NCBI GenBank assembly: GCA_028821265.1
Contig: JAPPGU010000036.1
Location: 78,681 to 142,680 of the forward strand
Source: a bacterium
Lineage (GTDB): Bacteria > Actinomycetota > Acidimicrobiia > Spongiisociales > Spongiisociaceae
DNA: 64,000 nucleotides
Direction: 5' to 3'
Both the position numbers and the translations under genes were made by a program. Below the pieces are notes generated by a model. It was not told the origin of the DNA, did not search any database, and worked only from the letters and a program-made list of their open reading frames with translations. Every line of letters begins with the position of its first letter. Position 1 is the stretch's first letter. Below are positions 61,057 to 64,000 of this stretch, in pieces.

Positions 61057-61934
61057 ACCTTGCCGAAACCTCCCATCACGGTCGAGCCGCGCCCCAACGA
61101 CCTAGAGGTCAGGATCAACACCATGACCGCGGGTGCGACGAAGATCAATGTAATCGAGGCCGCCACCGCGGCATTGCCCTGCCCGAGGAACGGGAAGAGC
61201 ACCATCGGCAGGGTGATCAGAATTCCGCTGCCGATCAGAACCGTGGTCACGTACTGCGACCACGAGATCAGGAACGTGAAGAGGCAGGCCACGAGCAGTC
61301 CCGACGAGATGGCGGGCAGGGTGACGTACCGGAACACCCGTATCTTGTTGGCGCCGAGGGTCCGGGCCGTCTCCTCCAGGGCCGGGCTGTAGTTGGCGAA
61401 CACGCTGGACATCACCAGGACGAAATACGGTGTGGCCGGTATCAAGTGGACCAGCGACACGCCCAGGACGGTCGCGGTGAGGCCCAGCCTGATGAACACG
61501 ATGTGGATCCCCATGGCGGCTACCAGTGCAGGCACGATGATCGGCATCATCAGAATCCACTCGACTATCCGCTTGCCGCGGAACTGGTGTTGACCCAAGG
61601 CTCGGGCTGCCGGCATACCGACGAGGAGCGCCAGAGTGGTGGTCAGCAGCGCGATACGTAGGCTATTGCCGAGTGATTCGAACACGCGCGACGTGTCGTC
61701 GATGGTGTACGTCCACGCGTCGAGGCCCCACTCGCCGGGAACAACGTCGGGATAGTGCCAGCGGAAGGCGAAGGACCTGAGTAGCAGCGACACCCCCGGC
61801 AGGACCACCGATACCACGATGATGGTTACCGTGGCCCACCGCAACCAGTTGATCTGCCGCCGCTCAGGTAGCAGTCGTTCGCTCACTGCCTGGTCCGGAC
61901 CGGGGGCAGGTCCGGGAGTAGGTGTCGAGGTCAT
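61053..61934 (-). CDS. ABC transporter permease
   Basis: 6 TM, EAA-type loop LEETARTLGA. Confidence 0.93.
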   Translation of the reverse strand: MTSTPTPGPAPGPDQAVSERLLPERRQINWLRWATVTIIVVSVVLPGVSLLLRSFAFRWHYPDVVPGEWGLDAWTYTIDDTSRVFESLGNSLRIALLTTTLALLVGMPAARALGQHQFRGKRIVEWILMMPIIVPALVAAMGIHIVFIRLGLTATVLGVSLVHLIPATPYFVLVMSSVFANYSPALEETARTLGANKIRVFRYVTLPAISSGLLVACLFTFLISWSQYVTTVLIGSGILITLPMVLFPFLGQGNAAVAASITLIFVAPAVMVLILTSRSLGRGSTVMGGFGKV

Positions 61935-61953
61935 CGGATCCTGACCGCCCGTC

Positions 61954-62916
61954 TCACGTCGACCTCGAGTAGCGGGCCAGCCGCCTGTAGGCGATCAGAA
62001 GGAGGACCGTTATGACGGCCAGCACTATGGCAATGGCCATCCCCTTGGGCCTCGATGTCAGCTCGGGACGCTGGAACTCCCGGAAGGCTTGAACCGGAAG
62101 GGTGGTCGGGAAACTCTGTCCGAGCAGGAGCGGGATCTCGAAGTTCGCGAACGTGAAGGCAAACACGATGATCCACGTGGATACCACCCCGGGCATGATG
62201 AGGGGCAGCAATACGTGCACGAGCCGCTGCCGCTTGGTAGCTCCCAGGGTCTGGGCGAGTTCCTCGTACTGGGGACCGACACTCTGAAGGATGGCGAGCA
62301 CCACCAGGCCTACGAACGGTATCTCCTTCCACATGAACGACAGCATCACTCCGATGCTGGCGTTGTCGTACAGGATCGCCGGGAAGTCGCCCGGAGCGTT
62401 GATCAGTCCCAGTGCAGCTCCTATGCGAGACAGGAGACCACTCTGGGCGAACAGCAGGATGACGGCGCTGGCGGCCACCAGGTGGGGTACGGGGAGAGGA
62501 ATCTGGAATAGGAACGTCGCCAGACGGCTACCCGGGAAGCGCTGCCTAAGGACGAGAGCCGCGCCGACGGCGAAGACGGTCGACAGCAGCGTGACCGAGA
62601 AGGCGATGCGGAACGTGGTCCACAGCGAGACGAGGAAGTTCCGGTCGGTGACCGCGTCCACGTAGTGGCGGAAGGTGAACTCGGTGAGGCCGGCGGCCGG
62701 GAAGTAGCCGAGGCTCTGCATGAGACCCGCGACCAGCCCCCCGAGGAACAGCAGGAGGATCACCGCCATCGCCGGCGTCAGCATCAGCGGGATCTTCAGC
62801 CGCTCCCTCAGGGGCGTCTGGCGTCGTTCAAGCGTCATGGGACCGAGCTCGGTCCCCGACGGAGGTGGCGTGGGGCCGGTTGCCTGAGCGGGCGCCGGCC
62901 CCACCGTGCTGCTCAC
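61954..62916 (-). CDS. ABC transporter permease (YnjC-like)
   Basis: PHLVAA, WKEIPF, YEELAQTLGA, FEIPLLLG. Confidence 0.92.
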   Translation of the reverse strand: MSSTVGPAPAQATGPTPPPSGTELGPMTLERRQTPLRERLKIPLMLTPAMAVILLLFLGGLVAGLMQSLGYFPAAGLTEFTFRHYVDAVTDRNFLVSLWTTFRIAFSVTLLSTVFAVGAALVLRQRFPGSRLATFLFQIPLPVPHLVAASAVILLFAQSGLLSRIGAALGLINAPGDFPAILYDNASIGVMLSFMWKEIPFVGLVVLAILQSVGPQYEELAQTLGATKRQRLVHVLLPLIMPGVVSTWIIVFAFTFANFEIPLLLGQSFPTTLPVQAFREFQRPELTSRPKGMAIAIVLAVITVLLLIAYRRLARYSRST

Positions 62917-62923
62917 CTCTTGA

Positions 62924-64000
62924 CTAGGCCTCGAGGACGTTCTCGATCCAGCCCGCCTCCATCTGCGTTGGCCAGGAGGCGTGCGGCTCGGGCAATCCGG
63001 CCGCGGCTAGGACGTCGAAGGGAAGGGTTGCCACTCCCCGGTCGTACGAGTTGAGGATGTCACGCTCTTCCTGTGTCCAGGTCGTGGTGTCTGTCGGGAG
63101 CCCCCATCCCCACTGCTCCGGGTTGGCCTGGATCAGCTGGTTCTCGGTGCTGAGTATGTGGTTGGCGACGATCATCGCGCCCGCCGGGTTTGAGGCGTTC
63201 TTCGGGATCGTCACGTAGTTCTTGTTGGTGAGCGTCCCCGTGTCCATCACCCAGGTGCGGATGGTGTCCGGATACGTGCCGTTGTTGATCAGGGTTGACG
63301 GCCGCCGCGGGTTTAGCGACATGCCGAAGTAGACCTCGCTGTTAGCCAGCAGGTCCTGCAGGGCCCCGATACTGGTCGGATAGGTGTCGCCGCCGCGCCA
63401 CAAGTCGGGCTCGATGTCGTTCAGGTACTCCCACACCTTCGGCGCGATGCTGTCGAACACCGCCTGGTCGAAGGGTTGCTGGAACACCGAGTAGTCGTCG
63501 GCCGCCCAGTAGAACATGTGCTTCACAAAGCTCAGGCCGTGGAAGTCCGGCGGGGCCATGTAGGTGAACAGGCCCGGGTTGGCGTGAACCCACTCCGCCA
63601 GTGCCTCGAAGGTCCTGGGCGGTTCCGGCACGTAGGCCGAGTTGTACACGAAGACCATCTGCGCCGATCCCCACGGCGATTCGAGGCCATCGACCGAGAC
63701 GCCGAAGTCGTAGGCGATCGAAGGGTCGTCCCAGTTGACATGCGCCGCGTTGGGGATCCCCTCCGACCACGGTCCGAACAGGAGCTCAGCTTCCTTCAGG
63801 GTCTTGAAGTTGTCACCGTTGATCCAGATCATGTCGACGCTGCCGCCTTCGGTCACCCCGGCCTGGTGCTCGTTGAGGACCAGGTTGACGGCTTCTACGG
63901 TGTCGCCGAGCGGGACCCGGTTGAGCGTGACGTTGTAACGCTCCTTCACGACATCGCCGATGTACGTGTCGACCCAGGAGTTGAGGTTCTCGTTGCCGCC
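62924..64000 (-). CDS. ABC transporter substrate-binding protein, YnjB-like, 5' end beyond the window
   Basis: Frame open to base 64000 (GGNENLNSWVD); GSVDMIWINGDNF, ESPWGSAQ, FTYMAPPDFHG motifs. Confidence 0.88.
   Translation of the reverse strand, partial: GGNENLNSWVDTYIGDVVKERYNVTLNRVPLGDTVEAVNLVLNEHQAGVTEGGSVDMIWINGDNFKTLKEAELLFGPWSEGIPNAAHVNWDDPSIAYDFGVSVDGLESPWGSAQMVFVYNSAYVPEPPRTFEALAEWVHANPGLFTYMAPPDFHGLSFVKHMFYWAADDYSVFQQPFDQAVFDSIAPKVWEYLNDIEPDLWRGGDTYPTSIGALQDLLANSEVYFGMSLNPRRPSTLINNGTYPDTIRTWVMDTGTLTNKNYVTIPKNASNPAGAMIVANHILSTENQLIQANPEQWGWGLPTDTTTWTQEERDILNSYDRGVATLPFDVLAAAGLPEPHASWPTQMEAGWIENVLEA

Overview
High-GC bacterial chromosome segment. Gene order and protein types (FAH-gltX, gatCAB, dapC-dapE, queA-tgt-yajC-secDF-apt-rel-hisS-aspS-rarA-alaS-ruvX-mltG-aroE-prepilin peptidase, an F420-dependent reductase, leaderless promoters) indicate an actinobacterium, most likely Acidimicrobiia. 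A host-associated lifestyle (for example a sponge symbiont) is an inference from the ankyrin protein, sulfatase and sterol-type oxygenases. Most of the window is housekeeping. The best candidate for an undescribed system is at 2383-5483, between gltX and tRNA-Glu: a cytochrome P450 fused to an N-terminal GPP34/GOLPH3-like domain, with an atypical I-helix, facing a KshA/Neverland-type Rieske oxygenase and next to an F420H2-dependent reductase. Three non-coding repeat systems are visible by eye: a ~100 bp inverted-repeat MITE (3 copies, two supplying stop codons), a ~165 bp palindromic MITE (2 copies flanking glcDEF plus a solo end), and (C/A)TAGTTG heptamer arrays at gene 3' ends (3 loci). No transposase, integrase, CRISPR array or rRNA was seen. 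All family calls come from motif recognition by eye, not from database searches.
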